A stretch of 64,000 bases of DNA from an uncultured archaeon (GCA_964558645.1 CAZLEV010000010.1:68623-132622); one strand, 5' to 3'; counted from the stretch's first letter, positions 28,377 through 38,361 are shown. Made by a program: numbers and translations. Notes: generated by a model not told the origin, from the letters alone.

Positions 28377-29627
28377 TCACTTCCTGTTCTGCAGAATCTT
28401 CGACACTACAGCTCTCGCTTGGTTGACGCTCTCTGGAACTTCTGCTGGTCCCAGGGCTGTACCACATGCGTAGACTCTATCTCCTACTACGACCTCGTTC
28501 TCTGCAATCAAGTCTGCGGGTGCAACAAACCCGCTTGCATCCTGCAGACCGAGTTGCTCCATCAGTTCCTTTCCTCCCTCTGGAGGTTCCAGTGCTGAGG
28601 AGAGCACAAATAGATCCACATTTGTTTTCAGGTATCCATCTAGCAACGAATCATAGACAATGACATCTAGAGATCCATCTTCTCTGGGTTCTATTCGGGT
28701 GACCCGTCCCCGGATGAATTCGACTCCTCCGTCACGCGCCTCGCGATAGTATCGTTCGTGCCTGTCATATGTCCGAATGTCCATGTAGACTACGCTTACC
28801 TTGACATTCTCTCTTTCTTCAGTGGCAATTACTGCATGTTTCAAAGCGAAGACACAACATATCTTCGAGCAGTATGGATAATATCGCTCATCGCGGCTTC
28901 CGACACATTGAACCATCATCATTCGCCTGACAGGTTCTCCATCTGAGGGTCGTGCAATCACGCCGCCTGACTCTCCATTTGGGTCAAGTATCTTCGCCAG
29001 CTCCAATTGGGTCACTATGTTTGGATGCGTTCCATAACCGTACTCTTCTACATCGGCAGGTATCATCTCGTGGTAACCAGTAGCAATCACAATGTCTGAG
29101 GCCTTTACGGTTTGCTCGGAGGGTTCAGCCGCGAGATTGATGGCATCCGTGGGACATTCTTCCTCCGCCTTCTTGTCCCCCTCTTCGGCTTTGGAGGGGT
29201 TGTAGACGACAGCCTGCGGCTGACACTGCGGGGACAGCAGTTCGAATGCCTGCGAGTGTTCTATGCACTTGCCACATAGAATGCATTTCTTTGGATTCAC
29301 ATACTGGGGACCCACAAGGAGTGTGACTTGAAACTCTCCCGCCGTACCTGATATCTCCTTCACAGTCGTATCTGTGTACAAGTCGATATTCTGCTGGTCA
29401 GTCATCGCACTCCTGTAAAAGCACTTTCTGATTCCTGGTCGTGAGCGATTTCCCTCAAAACAGTAGAAACAATCGTCAGTTGGAAAGGCCTTGTATAGAT
29501 TGAGTGCATTTCCGCCGATTGTTCTCAATCTATCCACAAGGATGACCTTCACTCCCGAGTCAGCTAGTTCTACCGCTGCCGTCATGCCTGCAACGCCCGC
29601 GCCGATTACTAGAACTGGGCTTGTCAT
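28377..29627 (-). CDS. hdrA: HdrA-like flavoprotein (short module)
   Basis: GAGVAG, FPTDDCFYC, QCVGSRD, CSKICC, YMDIRT. Confidence 0.88.
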   Translation of the reverse strand: MTSPVLVIGAGVAGMTAAVELADSGVKVILVDRLRTIGGNALNLYKAFPTDDCFYCFEGNRSRPGIRKCFYRSAMTDQQNIDLYTDTTVKEISGTAGEFQVTLLVGPQYVNPKKCILCGKCIEHSQAFELLSPQCQPQAVVYNPSKAEEGDKKAEEECPTDAINLAAEPSEQTVKASDIVIATGYHEMIPADVEEYGYGTHPNIVTQLELAKILDPNGESGGVIARPSDGEPVRRMMMVQCVGSRDERYYPYCSKICCVFALKHAVIATEERENVKVSVVYMDIRTYDRHERYYREARDGGVEFIRGRVTRIEPREDGSLDVIVYDSLLDGYLKTNVDLFVLSSALEPPEGGKELMEQLGLQDASGFVAPADLIAENEVVVGDRVYACGTALGPAEVPESVNQARAVVSKILQNRK

Positions 29628-29645
29628 TCCGGATTCACCTCAAAA

Positions 29646-30512
29646 TCACTCAGAGAGATGCTCAAGTATCCCGTGTGCTGGGACTCGATTCATATTCAGT
29701 CCGACTTCTTCATCGCTCATTCCCATGGCCAGTGCAAGAATCTGGGGGTATAGAAGGACAGGCAAATCATAGGCTTCACCGTAGGACTCTTTCAATCCCA
29801 GCTGCTGGAGGTCAAGCTGGTTTCCACAGGCTGGACAGACCACTGTAACAAACTCAGCTCCTGCTGTCTTCATGGATTTCAGCTTATCTCTTGCTAGTCT
29901 TATTGCCAACGGCTCATTCACGGGAAGCACCGTGGCGCCACAACACTGTTTCCAGAGGGGGTATTCTGTGACCTTTGCACCTGTCACTCTGACGAGTTCC
30001 TTTAGGACTCTAGGCTTGAACTCAGTAACATCCTCTGGTCGTAGGAGATGGCAGCCGTAATGAATGGCAATCTCCACCCCATCAAGGGGATTGGTGACCT
30101 TGGCTTTGATTGCATCTACTCCAATATCTGTGTAGAGCGCCTCTACAAAGTGACGAACCTTGATATTCCCCTTCAATTCCAGATTATACTGTTTGAGTTC
30201 CTCATTGATCTTCTTCATGTCCTCTTTATCGTGCTTCAGGTGATGAAGAACATCTTTGAGGGAGCCGAAACATCCATTGCAGGGGGTGACAATGTCGTGA
30301 CCGTTCTTCTCGGCAATTGCAAGGGTACGAGCATTGACCACTAGCCAGCCGAAGTAGTCGAATGCACGAAGGTTTGGGCTACCACAGCAAGCAACACCCT
30401 CCATGTATTCCAGTTCCATATCAAAGGCTTCTGCGACTTTGAGCATAGCTGCTTCATAGTTTGGATAGTTGGCCGGGACGCTGCAACCCATATAGAGATT
30501 GTATGTTGGCAC
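29646..30512 (-). CDS. hdrB: Heterodisulfide reductase subunit B
   Basis: Two CCG domains (GC...CCG...CNGC; HYGCH...CCG...CPAC). Confidence 0.93.
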   Translation of the reverse strand: MPTYNLYMGCSVPANYPNYEAAMLKVAEAFDMELEYMEGVACCGSPNLRAFDYFGWLVVNARTLAIAEKNGHDIVTPCNGCFGSLKDVLHHLKHDKEDMKKINEELKQYNLELKGNIKVRHFVEALYTDIGVDAIKAKVTNPLDGVEIAIHYGCHLLRPEDVTEFKPRVLKELVRVTGAKVTEYPLWKQCCGATVLPVNEPLAIRLARDKLKSMKTAGAEFVTVVCPACGNQLDLQQLGLKESYGEAYDLPVLLYPQILALAMGMSDEEVGLNMNRVPAHGILEHLSE

Positions 30513-30513
30513 T

Positions 30514-31053
30514 CTACTCTCCTCCTACAAGCCGGCCGGTCCGTGTCTTTTTGAGAATACTCTCCACGTCTTCAACAGCCAGACCCGGCACCTCGGGCTC
30601 CAAATCAAGGTCTTCTCGTTCCCAGTCGGCGGTGACAACATAGAGCTGACCCTTGTCAATCAGTTCCTTTCCAAGGGCCAGGACATTCTCTGGAATCCTT
30701 CCTTGTTCTGCAGCTAGATTCTTGCAGTCGAAGAAGATGTCCGTTACCCGGACCTTTTGGGGACATCTCTCTTGACATTCGAAGCAAGTGAGACACTCCC
30801 AGATCTCTTTGGATGAAAGAACCTCTTCTCGCATACCAAGCAGTATCATCCTGACTATTTGATGTGGCTTGAAGTCCCATTGATTTGCAATAGGACACGC
30901 TGCTGTACAGGTCGAGCATGCAAAACAAGCAGTGAGTTCTTCACCGTTTGGCATGCTCTTCACTTGATCACGGAAGCTGGGATCCAATTTCGACATGTCA
31001 ATAGGATCGACCAGCGTAACCGGGGGATTCACCTTCTCATCAGTTTCTGCCAT
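30514..31053 (-). CDS. hdrC: Heterodisulfide reductase subunit C
   Basis: CFACSTCTAACP and WECLTCFECQERCP. Confidence 0.93.
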   Translation of the reverse strand: MAETDEKVNPPVTLVDPIDMSKLDPSFRDQVKSMPNGEELTACFACSTCTAACPIANQWDFKPHQIVRMILLGMREEVLSSKEIWECLTCFECQERCPQKVRVTDIFFDCKNLAAEQGRIPENVLALGKELIDKGQLYVVTADWEREDLDLEPEVPGLAVEDVESILKKTRTGRLVGGE

Positions 31054-31181
31054 TTGCTAACACCACTATGGAGTGCCTTCCCTTGTGATATGGACGCGAC
31101 TCGGAGCTGCTGTCCCACATATTAAAAGCTTACAGAATGGCGAAAAAACGAAGGATGCAGGTTCAGGACCTGAGATATGCG

Positions 31182-31373
31182 TCATTGACCGGGTAGTCCC
31201 TTCTTGTAGACGAGGAGGGCAATCCCGGTAGTCAAGAATATGACGACTACTTCATATGCAAGAATTGCCAACAGGCCCTGATCTGCTAGGGGATAGAATG
31301 TTGCACCAGATAGGGCTAGACCGATACAGATAATCCATCCGAAGATGATAATCCACTCTCTCTTGGGGGACAT
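31182..31373 (-). CDS. Small membrane protein (2 TM)
   Basis: Two hydrophobic helices; last gene of the operon. Confidence 0.5.
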   Translation of the reverse strand: MSPKREWIIIFGWIICIGLALSGATFYPLADQGLLAILAYEVVVIFLTTGIALLVYKKGLPGQ

Positions 31374-31396
31374 AGTCGAACACACGTCTAAGGTTC

Positions 31397-31687
31397 TTAT
31401 TGGTTTTGTGTTGTGTTTCGTATAGACGAGATCCTTTGTTCGAGCTCTCTATAGTTGGCAAGGGCTTCTTCTCTTAGTTGTAGATGCTTTCGGATAAGAT
31501 ATCCCTTTAGCTCTTCTTTACTCCCATGCATACGTTCAATTGTTTCCAGTTTATCAGTCGTTATCAAACGTAGCGATCCGCTAAGGGCCACCTGGAACTC
31601 ATCATGCTGTTTCTCAACACGCTTCTGCATTTCTCGCAGCGTCTTGAGAATATCTTCTATCTCTCCCCGAATAGTTTCCTCTTTCAT
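31397..31687 (-). CDS. Hypothetical helical protein
   Basis: ATGA overlap with the upstream GINS-like gene. Confidence 0.6.
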   Translation of the reverse strand: MKEETIRGEIEDILKTLREMQKRVEKQHDEFQVALSGSLRLITTDKLETIERMHGSKEELKGYLIRKHLQLREEALANYRELEQRISSIRNTTQNQ

Positions 31688-32310
31688 TTCTGTTCACGAG
31701 TTCCAATCTTCTGAGCTGCGATTCTTGTCACGGTACCGTCCCTCAACCATGTTTTTGCATTATCAATTGGGATGCGTGTAACCTCTTCGGCCTCAAATGG
31801 GCCATAGACTTGTTCATCCATACCAACAAACTGCGTCTTGACAGGCTGCAGGAATCGTACAAGAACGTAGTCAACATCTCCCTCAACATCCTCGGCAGTG
31901 AGGTCTTGATCAACTTCTTGCTCTTTTGTGGCTAGACCCGATCCCCCTCTCAATATCTCTTCCACAAATTCATCATGTCCCTCAAATCCTCTAATGACCC
32001 GATTATAGAGTCTCTCTTCGGAAACAGTCATGATTCCTAGGGGTTTTCTCCCCTCGATTGCTGCTTTCAGAATCTTTTCTCTTCGCACCCGAAGAAGGTC
32101 CTTCAACATGAACTCGGCATTGAGAATCTCTCTTGTCAGTAGGTCTGCCTGAAGCTCGTTCTCTGCCGGAGTTTCAGTGAGTTTCATTCGAATCGAGGAC
32201 AGGTATTCTCCCAGTTCTGCGAGGCGCAAGTCCTGCAAGTCTTGCAGGCTGTCTTCTTGCACCTCTGCATCCCATGCTTTCTGAATGTCTGCATAGATGG
32301 CCTTATTCAA
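31684..32310 (-). CDS. GINS51/15-like replication factor
   Basis: RREKI helical A domain plus C-terminal B domain VRFL..FVGMD..YGPF..E; adjacent to priS and pcna. Confidence 0.8.
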   Translation of the reverse strand: MNKAIYADIQKAWDAEVQEDSLQDLQDLRLAELGEYLSSIRMKLTETPAENELQADLLTREILNAEFMLKDLLRVRREKILKAAIEGRKPLGIMTVSEERLYNRVIRGFEGHDEFVEEILRGGSGLATKEQEVDQDLTAEDVEGDVDYVLVRFLQPVKTQFVGMDEQVYGPFEAEEVTRIPIDNAKTWLRDGTVTRIAAQKIGTREQK

Positions 32311-33682
32311 TCACAGCGACCCCCTTACACATCAAGAACACTGCAGCAGCGATTGGCAATGAAACTACCCCGTTTTCGAGGGATCCGTAACTGTCTTCAC
32401 CAACTCGAAACTCGGGGACCCCTAGGTCGCCCCCCTTGACATCTATTTTCAGGTCATTACCCCTGATTGCCAGGGCATCGGAGAACGGGTCGAAACCGTC
32501 CATATCCTCGCGTGTTAACTCTTTGACCGCGAAACCCGTCTTTCCGTTCAGACTTCCGATGAGTCTTATGACTCTATGAATATCATGGGTAACTGGCACA
32601 TCTATCTCTCCACCGTATTCATCTGCAGCCAGGGTTGCTATCTCCTGCCATGACTTAAGACCTACTCCTTTCACCCTCGCGCTAAGTATAGGCACATCAA
32701 GAAGCAGGCCATGCAGTGCCTCATCCTTGTACTTCTGAAGTGGAGAAACCCACCTGTACTTCCCCTCGAAACTGTCAATACTCCTGATGAATTCCACCAT
32801 TGCATCAGCAACCTTGCCTCCCCACCCCGGCACTTCGCGTCCCGTGATTGTCTCGGACGTTCCTCTTGATGTCACCGCTCTCTTCCCTTGGAAACCGAAT
32901 CCTGATATATAGTGAACTATCTCGACTCGGGCATTTGAGTCCAGAGAGAACACTTTCTGGTCTTTCACCCGTATGTGATATCCTCGATGCCCACTGTAGT
33001 TCAACTGGATATCGGCAGGATCCACATCAAAATCATCCACAAGAAACTCATCATAGACCTTCAGTGTATTCTTCTTTGCATCTTCCAGACACTTATCACA
33101 GATCCACTTCCTGGCAATGAAAGAAGTGCCTCCACACTGCGGACAAATATCTGGTGCTGAACCCGTCCCTCTCTCTCTGCATTCTGAATTGGTGCACATC
33201 CATGAGTCATGGTCTTCTATGCAGGAAGAGTCCAGATGGTCCGCATCTATGTCAAACACCAGCTCTGCCCCCATCCACTCCTTGTCTTCCATTCGTGCAG
33301 TTGGCACCCTGTAGAACGCAGCGGAATGATAGATACTGTGTGGTGCGTTCTTCACGAGCCCCTCAATCAAGCTGCTACCTGATCGAAATGCTACGTGTCG
33401 CGTCCAGTTGTTTGTGCTGAGACCTTCAGTGCCACAGTCCGGACAGACCGATAACCTTCCATACGAACGACCTGACCTACCGCAGCCAATGAGCTTCACT
33501 TTGCCCTCTTCATCCTCAACATGTCTCTTTCTGCAGATCCAATTGTAGTGCCAGCTCTGTAGGCCAAACTCTCGAGTGTGTACTCTATCAGGAACATCAA
33601 CTTGTCCCGAGTGACTTCGATAATAGTCTCTAAATGCAAGCTGCAAGAACCTCCTTGTTGCTTCTCGAGACTTTTTTGACAA
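32303..33682 (-). CDS. priS: DNA primase small subunit with Cys-rich insertions
   Basis: REFG, ELVFDIDAD, SGHRGYH, IDVPVTHDIHRVIRL..SLNGKTG. Confidence 0.92.
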   Translation of the reverse strand: MSKKSREATRRFLQLAFRDYYRSHSGQVDVPDRVHTREFGLQSWHYNWICRKRHVEDEEGKVKLIGCGRSGRSYGRLSVCPDCGTEGLSTNNWTRHVAFRSGSSLIEGLVKNAPHSIYHSAAFYRVPTARMEDKEWMGAELVFDIDADHLDSSCIEDHDSWMCTNSECRERGTGSAPDICPQCGGTSFIARKWICDKCLEDAKKNTLKVYDEFLVDDFDVDPADIQLNYSGHRGYHIRVKDQKVFSLDSNARVEIVHYISGFGFQGKRAVTSRGTSETITGREVPGWGGKVADAMVEFIRSIDSFEGKYRWVSPLQKYKDEALHGLLLDVPILSARVKGVGLKSWQEIATLAADEYGGEIDVPVTHDIHRVIRLIGSLNGKTGFAVKELTREDMDGFDPFSDALAIRGNDLKIDVKGGDLGVPEFRVGEDSYGSLENGVVSLPIAAAVFLMCKGVAVIE

Positions 33683-33775
33683 AGGAATCAGACTCCTGAA
33701 CGAGCCCGCCTAGGGCTACCTAGCCTGCTGGTCTCTATCGGCAAGAGATTTGACACCTGCCAACAGCTGTTACGA

Positions 33776-34525
33776 TTATCTTCTCTCAATCCGGGGTGCC
33801 AACACAAAGCTGATACTACCCGCCTCAGCAATTCCAAAGTCCATTCTCATTGGTTTGTCATTGCTGAACTGGATTATCACCGTGTCCGCGGCAACTGCTT
33901 TAACAATCTCTGAGAGGTAATTCAGGGCATACATGGCCGTAGCCTTTTCCTTGCTCTCCAAGTCGTAAATCACAGAGTCTTCTCCCGTTGTTAGCTGAAC
34001 CTCTGCTTCTCCCGTGTCACCCTCTCCCGCAAAGGTTACTGACTTCTTATCTGCTGTAACCTTGATATGGTTGGATATCACACCGATGTCCTTGACAGCC
34101 TGCTTGAGGGCATCGGAATTCATCTCCAGTTTGGCCATGAATTTCAAATCAGGTCTCTTCGCTTGGTTATCTGGGGGAGTAAGCATCTGCAGTCTGAACA
34201 CTCGCTCTGCCTGACCTATCATCTTCATCTCGAATCTCTTGTCATCACCGACATCGAATTCCAGTCTATCATCTGCGGCCATTCTTCTACTAATCTTGGT
34301 AAGTTCGTCCACACCAAGACAAATCTGCATCTCTTCATCGCAGTTAAACTCCTGAAAAATACCTGCAGGAAGAGTCAGATCAATCATGGCCACCTTGGAT
34401 GAATCTAGCTGTGTCAGAGTGATTCCTGTTTTATTGACCACGAAGTTGACCTCGGTGAGCAGGGTTGCCAGCGCATCTACAATTTGCTTCCAAGTCTTGC
34501 TACTATCTAGCGTTGCATGAAACAT
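33776..34525 (-). CDS. pcn: PCNA sliding clamp
   Basis: LDSSKVAMIDL, Y.L.YL, PMRM.F, FVLAPRIE. Confidence 0.95.
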   Translation of the reverse strand: MFHATLDSSKTWKQIVDALATLLTEVNFVVNKTGITLTQLDSSKVAMIDLTLPAGIFQEFNCDEEMQICLGVDELTKISRRMAADDRLEFDVGDDKRFEMKMIGQAERVFRLQMLTPPDNQAKRPDLKFMAKLEMNSDALKQAVKDIGVISNHIKVTADKKSVTFAGEGDTGEAEVQLTTGEDSVIYDLESKEKATAMYALNYLSEIVKAVAADTVIIQFSNDKPMRMDFGIAEAGSISFVLAPRIERR

Positions 34526-34539
34526 CTAGCCGCCTCCAA

Positions 34540-34923
34540 TTATCTCCGGAGATAGTCTAGTACCTGCTTCTCTAGGTCAAGTGTCTGCTTAAACTCTTTT
34601 ATGTCAAGCTCGTCCACGTTGTGAGCAATGGTAGCTACCAGTTGCTTCTCCTTTCCTTTCGAAGTGGTCTTCTCTGTGACTTCTCCAATCAGCATATACT
34701 TCTGAGCAACCTCTAGGGTACCTTCAACGGTGACAGGAATGGTGACAGCATGACCCACCTCATCCATGATGTCTTGTACAAGTGCTGCACCAGTTCTCGC
34801 CTCCACTACGATACCAAGTATCCTCACCGGGCCCTTTGTCTCCGGGCTGAGTTCTCGTACTGTTGTGAGTCTAGCCGGTCTTCGTGGCGGAAAGACCTTC
34901 TTCTCCTCGGTCACTGGTTTCAC
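34540..34923 (-). CDS. Small OB-fold protein, RPA14/RPA3-like
   Basis: RRPA...VRILGIVV...LIGEV... OB-fold pattern; context next to pcna. Confidence 0.55.
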   Translation of the reverse strand: MKPVTEEKKVFPPRRPARLTTVRELSPETKGPVRILGIVVEARTGAALVQDIMDEVGHAVTIPVTVEGTLEVAQKYMLIGEVTEKTTSKGKEKQLVATIAHNVDELDIKEFKQTLDLEKQVLDYLRR

Positions 34924-35210
34924 CTCGGCTGCCGTCTTGTGATGAGAGAGTTATCTCATCAAGAAGTACTACGTCGGGGGTATTTGAGTGTGTATAAGTC
35001 TGTCTGTAGAAAGATGTACTGGTATCATCACAGGATGTCAATCCAGAAGACTAGACCCGGTGTTCTGCGGCTACACACATGAGGCCCGACTCTGGGCCGA
35101 CAACGACCATCTCCCGAGATCTCAGTGATTCTCCATGTTGATAATGGCACAGGAACCTAAACCGAACAGTCCCAAGCTCCACGAATCTCTGTTGCTCTTG
35201 TTTCACCATT

Positions 35211-35540
35211 TCACTTTCCTCCTGTGTGGAGTGCGTACTTGGTACCGGCAAACAAAGACATGTTCTTGATTAGTTCTCGGAGTTCCTCATAGACCGTCTG
35301 AATCAGGTGGGGGGCTTCTTCTTGCTTGGAGTCAAGATTTTGCTCAATGAATCCTGCCAACTCTCTCACCCCTACAAGCTCGGGATGTTTGAGCACCATG
35401 CTTGCTAGCTTGAGGTAGTCCACAGCACGGTTTACTCGCATCGTATCTGGATGACTACGGAAGTCCATCTCATCGGCTATATGATCTGCTAGGGCCAGCA
35501 CATCATTCACTCGTTCCTGGATTTCCTCCAGTCCACTCAT
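35211..35540 (-). CDS. Hypothetical protein
   Basis: Start MSGLEE preceded by a GGGGGTG SD-like sequence. Confidence 0.5.
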   Translation of the reverse strand: MSGLEEIQERVNDVLALADHIADEMDFRSHPDTMRVNRAVDYLKLASMVLKHPELVGVRELAGFIEQNLDSKQEEAPHLIQTVYEELRELIKNMSLFAGTKYALHTGGK

Positions 35541-35731
35541 CTCTCGCACCCCCTCTGAGTTTCTCTGTCTACTATTTGAGCCCCACTTGATAACTAACGC
35601 CATCAATGAAGATACTGCTCCAATACTCCTAAACACACCTAAGATGAAGAAATCAAAGCGGCAATGTCCGTCAATTCCGGTTGTGTTACCACTAGACTGT
35701 CAGGTGAAGCAGTGAAAACGTGCTTGGTTTC

Positions 35732-36061
35732 TTATCCTCCATATCGTCTCCACGTGTGCTTGCACTTGGTACATCTATAGAATTCAGTAGCCCCTTCATC
35801 GGCTCGACGGGTCTGTGATGTCCAGTAGTATGCTTCATTGTTTCCACATTCGGGACATGTTGCCTTTGTAACGGGCATGGGTATCGAGTCATCCTCTACC
35901 ACCACAATCTTGTCTTTAGGAGTCTTCTCTATCTTGTGAGTGACTCTCAACTCACCACTGAGGCTCTGTGTATGGCCGCAACTCCTGCACTTCAGAACCC
36001 TCTCACCCTCTTCGTTTGTCACAGGTGCCATCATTGCGCCGCATTTTTCACAGAACTGCAT
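35732..36061 (-). CDS. tfs: Transcription factor S (TFS/RpoM)
   Basis: FCEKCG...CRSCG; CPECG...QTRRADEG.T.FYRC..C..TWR. Confidence 0.95.
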   Translation of the reverse strand: MQFCEKCGAMMAPVTNEEGERVLKCRSCGHTQSLSGELRVTHKIEKTPKDKIVVVEDDSIPMPVTKATCPECGNNEAYYWTSQTRRADEGATEFYRCTKCKHTWRRYGG

Positions 36062-36138
36062 CTTTACACGACCCGTTGTTTCTCTTCGAGAAGTTGGAGT
36101 GGGTCAATTAAGCATTACTACATCGTTGATGGCTGATT

Positions 36139-36552
36139 CTACTCCTCGGGCAAGTGTTCGTCGACCCTTTCCAACAGATGAATGAAGGCGAGCGTTGCCA
36201 ATTCTGCCTCCAACCTTCGACTCATACCCGGTTCAATTTCCAGCTTCTCTCTCAGAATCTGGACCATGTCTTGGCACCGTACCCTCTCTGTGAGCCAGAT
36301 ATATGCCATGAGTGCTTCGTATGCATCTGCTGCCTCTCCGGCATCTGTCCTTTTCCCTATGTGTTCATACACTCTGTGTTCCCGAATCGCCTTTGCAAGA
36401 ACCGAGTCCCGTACCTTCTCTCCCGTTGCCTCTCCTAACACAAGTGATTTGGCCAGTGAGTAGCAAAGATTGACAAGCCCATCTCCTAGCTTTGCCAGAC
36501 CCCTGTCATTCATTATACCTCTAAGAGTATGATGACGTACCAGAGACTGCAC
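36139..36552 (-). CDS. Archaeal RNase III-like domain protein
   Basis: LAKLGDGLVN and ADAYEAL motifs; conserved position next to rpoL. Confidence 0.7.
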   Translation of the reverse strand: MQSLVRHHTLRGIMNDRGLAKLGDGLVNLCYSLAKSLVLGEATGEKVRDSVLAKAIREHRVYEHIGKRTDAGEAADAYEALMAYIWLTERVRCQDMVQILREKLEIEPGMSRRLEAELATLAFIHLLERVDEHLPEE

Positions 36553-36581
36553 AGAATGCCACCATCACGGTTACCGGCTGA

Positions 36582-36872
36582 TTAGTCAACATCGAAATCA
36601 GACGCGGCTTGTTTGAACCTCTTCCTGAATTCCTCTGTTCTTGCCAACATCTTCTCAAGGGCATCTCTCAAAACAGTATGCGCGTGTCTTCGCTCTGTTC
36701 TTAGTGTGAATACAGGGTTTGTAAGAAGTGGATGATCGATATTATACCCTGCAAACTCGACAGAATCCTCTTCTAACAGGGTTCTCCTGAGCAGATTGCA
36801 GAACGAGTGTCCCTCTCCCACAATCTCAAACTTGATCTCAAATGTGCTATGTTCGATTAGTCTTGGTTCCAT
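36582..36872 (-). CDS. rpoL: RNA polymerase subunit L (Rpo11)
   Basis: GEGHSFCNLL...VEFAGYNIDHPL. Confidence 0.93.
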   Translation of the reverse strand: MEPRLIEHSTFEIKFEIVGEGHSFCNLLRRTLLEEDSVEFAGYNIDHPLLTNPVFTLRTERRHAHTVLRDALEKMLARTEEFRKRFKQAASDFDVD

Positions 36873-36874
36873 CC

Positions 36875-37567
36875 CTATCTCCTCCGAGAGCGTCTGTCAT
36901 GGCTACCTCTCCTTGATCCACGATCGCGCCTGTCATATGATTTTCTTCGTGGTGCAAGCTCGGGTCTCTTTTGAAGCCCAAACTTCTCACCATAGTCCTC
37001 GGCCACTTCGCGTGTTTCTCTATTCTCACACCGTAGACAGATCATGTTGTTTCGAGTCGTCAATGTCAGAGGATACCCACATTTCACACATCGCGAGAAT
37101 AATACTCCGAATTCCTTACCTACAAGGCTGAGTTCAACTGGTATCTCGTGGGTATTCAAGGCATGTGCTCGCACGACATCTCCTTGGCTGACAACATTGC
37201 GCATGGACTTGACATATCTACGCGTTACATTACTAATATGAACCTCGCCAATCAAGGGACTATGCACGTTCTCTCCATTTATCTTGATTATGCTAATCTC
37301 TGCTCTCTGGTCATATACATTTGTAGCTTCCCCCACAATCTCATCTTCTCTCTGGGGAAGCGCGATTCTCATTCGCCCCTCTTTATCGACAACTCTGATT
37401 GTTCTCTTCTTGAGGTCCATCTCTACGCTACCTGCCGTTGCTGCGTAGACTACACCATCCAGTTCATAGGTGCCCATACTTGGAAACAGTTCTTCAATCA
37501 CACACAACTGCTCCCCTGGCACCACAACATCTCCGCTCTTGACGTCCGCCAAATCATTCACCATCAT
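36875..37567 (-). CDS. csl4: Exosome RNA-binding subunit Csl4
   Basis: VVPGEQL, S1 domain (HISNV, GDVVRA), Zn ribbon CVKCG...CLRCENRETR; Arg-rich tail. Confidence 0.9.
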   Translation of the reverse strand: MMVNDLADVKSGDVVVPGEQLCVIEELFPSMGTYELDGVVYAATAGSVEMDLKKRTIRVVDKEGRMRIALPQREDEIVGEATNVYDQRAEISIIKINGENVHSPLIGEVHISNVTRRYVKSMRNVVSQGDVVRAHALNTHEIPVELSLVGKEFGVLFSRCVKCGYPLTLTTRNNMICLRCENRETREVAEDYGEKFGLQKRPELAPRRKSYDRRDRGSRRGSHDRRSRRR

Positions 37568-38204
37568 TCATACATATGCGATACAGATCCACGTTCACGA
37601 CATGCTTCTCTTTCCTGTGAAAGCTGTACAGGTGAGGTATCGGAAACGCAAAGGTCTCTATCTGTGTAACAGTCCCTCCTAGGTCCTCGATTGCCTTCTG
37701 GAGGAATATTCTGTTCTTCTTACCGGCCAAGTGTATACTGTAAGTTATTGTTGCTATGGACAGAGCTTTTCTCAGGAAACTCAGGTCAGCACCTCTTTTC
37801 TTCACGCCGAAGGGAGGGTTGCTCACTACAGTATCCACGTTCCCTCTCAGTCCGAGAGAAGAAACATCTCCAAGGACCCAATCTGTGTTAAATTCTGTCC
37901 CGAGCAGTCTCGCGTTTCTTTGAGAGACCTTTAAGGCTTTGGATTGAACATCGACACCGATGACGCGTCTAGCTCCAAGCAGAGACGCTCCCAGCGCGAA
38001 GACGCCATCGCCACAACCGAGGTCGCAGACCGTTCTGCCCGCAATATCCCCGTGTTCTATCTCTGCAGCAAATACGATAGATGCCACAATACTGGCCGGA
38101 GTAGGATAATATTCAAATGATGCATCAAGCCCATTGACTCGCTCAATTGTCTGTAATATCATCTCTAGGTCTCTCAGACGCAATCCTAATTCACTGCCCA
38201 TCAC
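37554..38204 (-). CDS. METTL5-like RNA methyltransferase
   Basis: EYYPTP, DLGCGDG, NPPFG, YSIH, Y.FH. Confidence 0.88.
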   Translation of the reverse strand: MMGSELGLRLRDLEMILQTIERVNGLDASFEYYPTPASIVASIVFAAEIEHGDIAGRTVCDLGCGDGVFALGASLLGARRVIGVDVQSKALKVSQRNARLLGTEFNTDWVLGDVSSLGLRGNVDTVVSNPPFGVKKRGADLSFLRKALSIATITYSIHLAGKKNRIFLQKAIEDLGGTVTQIETFAFPIPHLYSFHRKEKHVVNVDLYRICMNDGE

Positions 38205-38307
38205 TATTGATACTTCATCGATTGCATCTTGCTCCCTTTTGCTCTTCCTATTGTAAAAGAGCCGTCAAATGTAATACGTACCCTTATGTGTTCCAAACGC
38301 TCCAATG

Positions 38308-38352
38308 GTTCCAGTGGAAATGCAGTGGAAGGGACCCCCATTTCCTATGGAG
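38308..38352. promoter_or_regulatory. Inverted pair of ORB-like (Orc1/Cdc6-binding) boxes
   Basis: GTTCCAGTGGAAA at 38308-38320 (+) and CTCCATAGGAAATGGGGG at 38352-38335 (-), directly before cdc6. Confidence 0.7.
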
Positions 38353-38361
38353 TGATAGACC

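Noticed and set aside
5798-29627. Selenocysteine recoding in MvhD/HdrA (known selenoproteins in some Asgard archaea)
   Set aside because: All relevant positions are Cys codons in uninterrupted ORFs; no in-frame TGA is needed.
35051-35251. 52-66 aa ORF or hairpin region upstream of the RPA-like gene
   Set aside because: It has an SD-like site but no recognisable motif, so support is insufficient either as a CDS or as an ncRNA.
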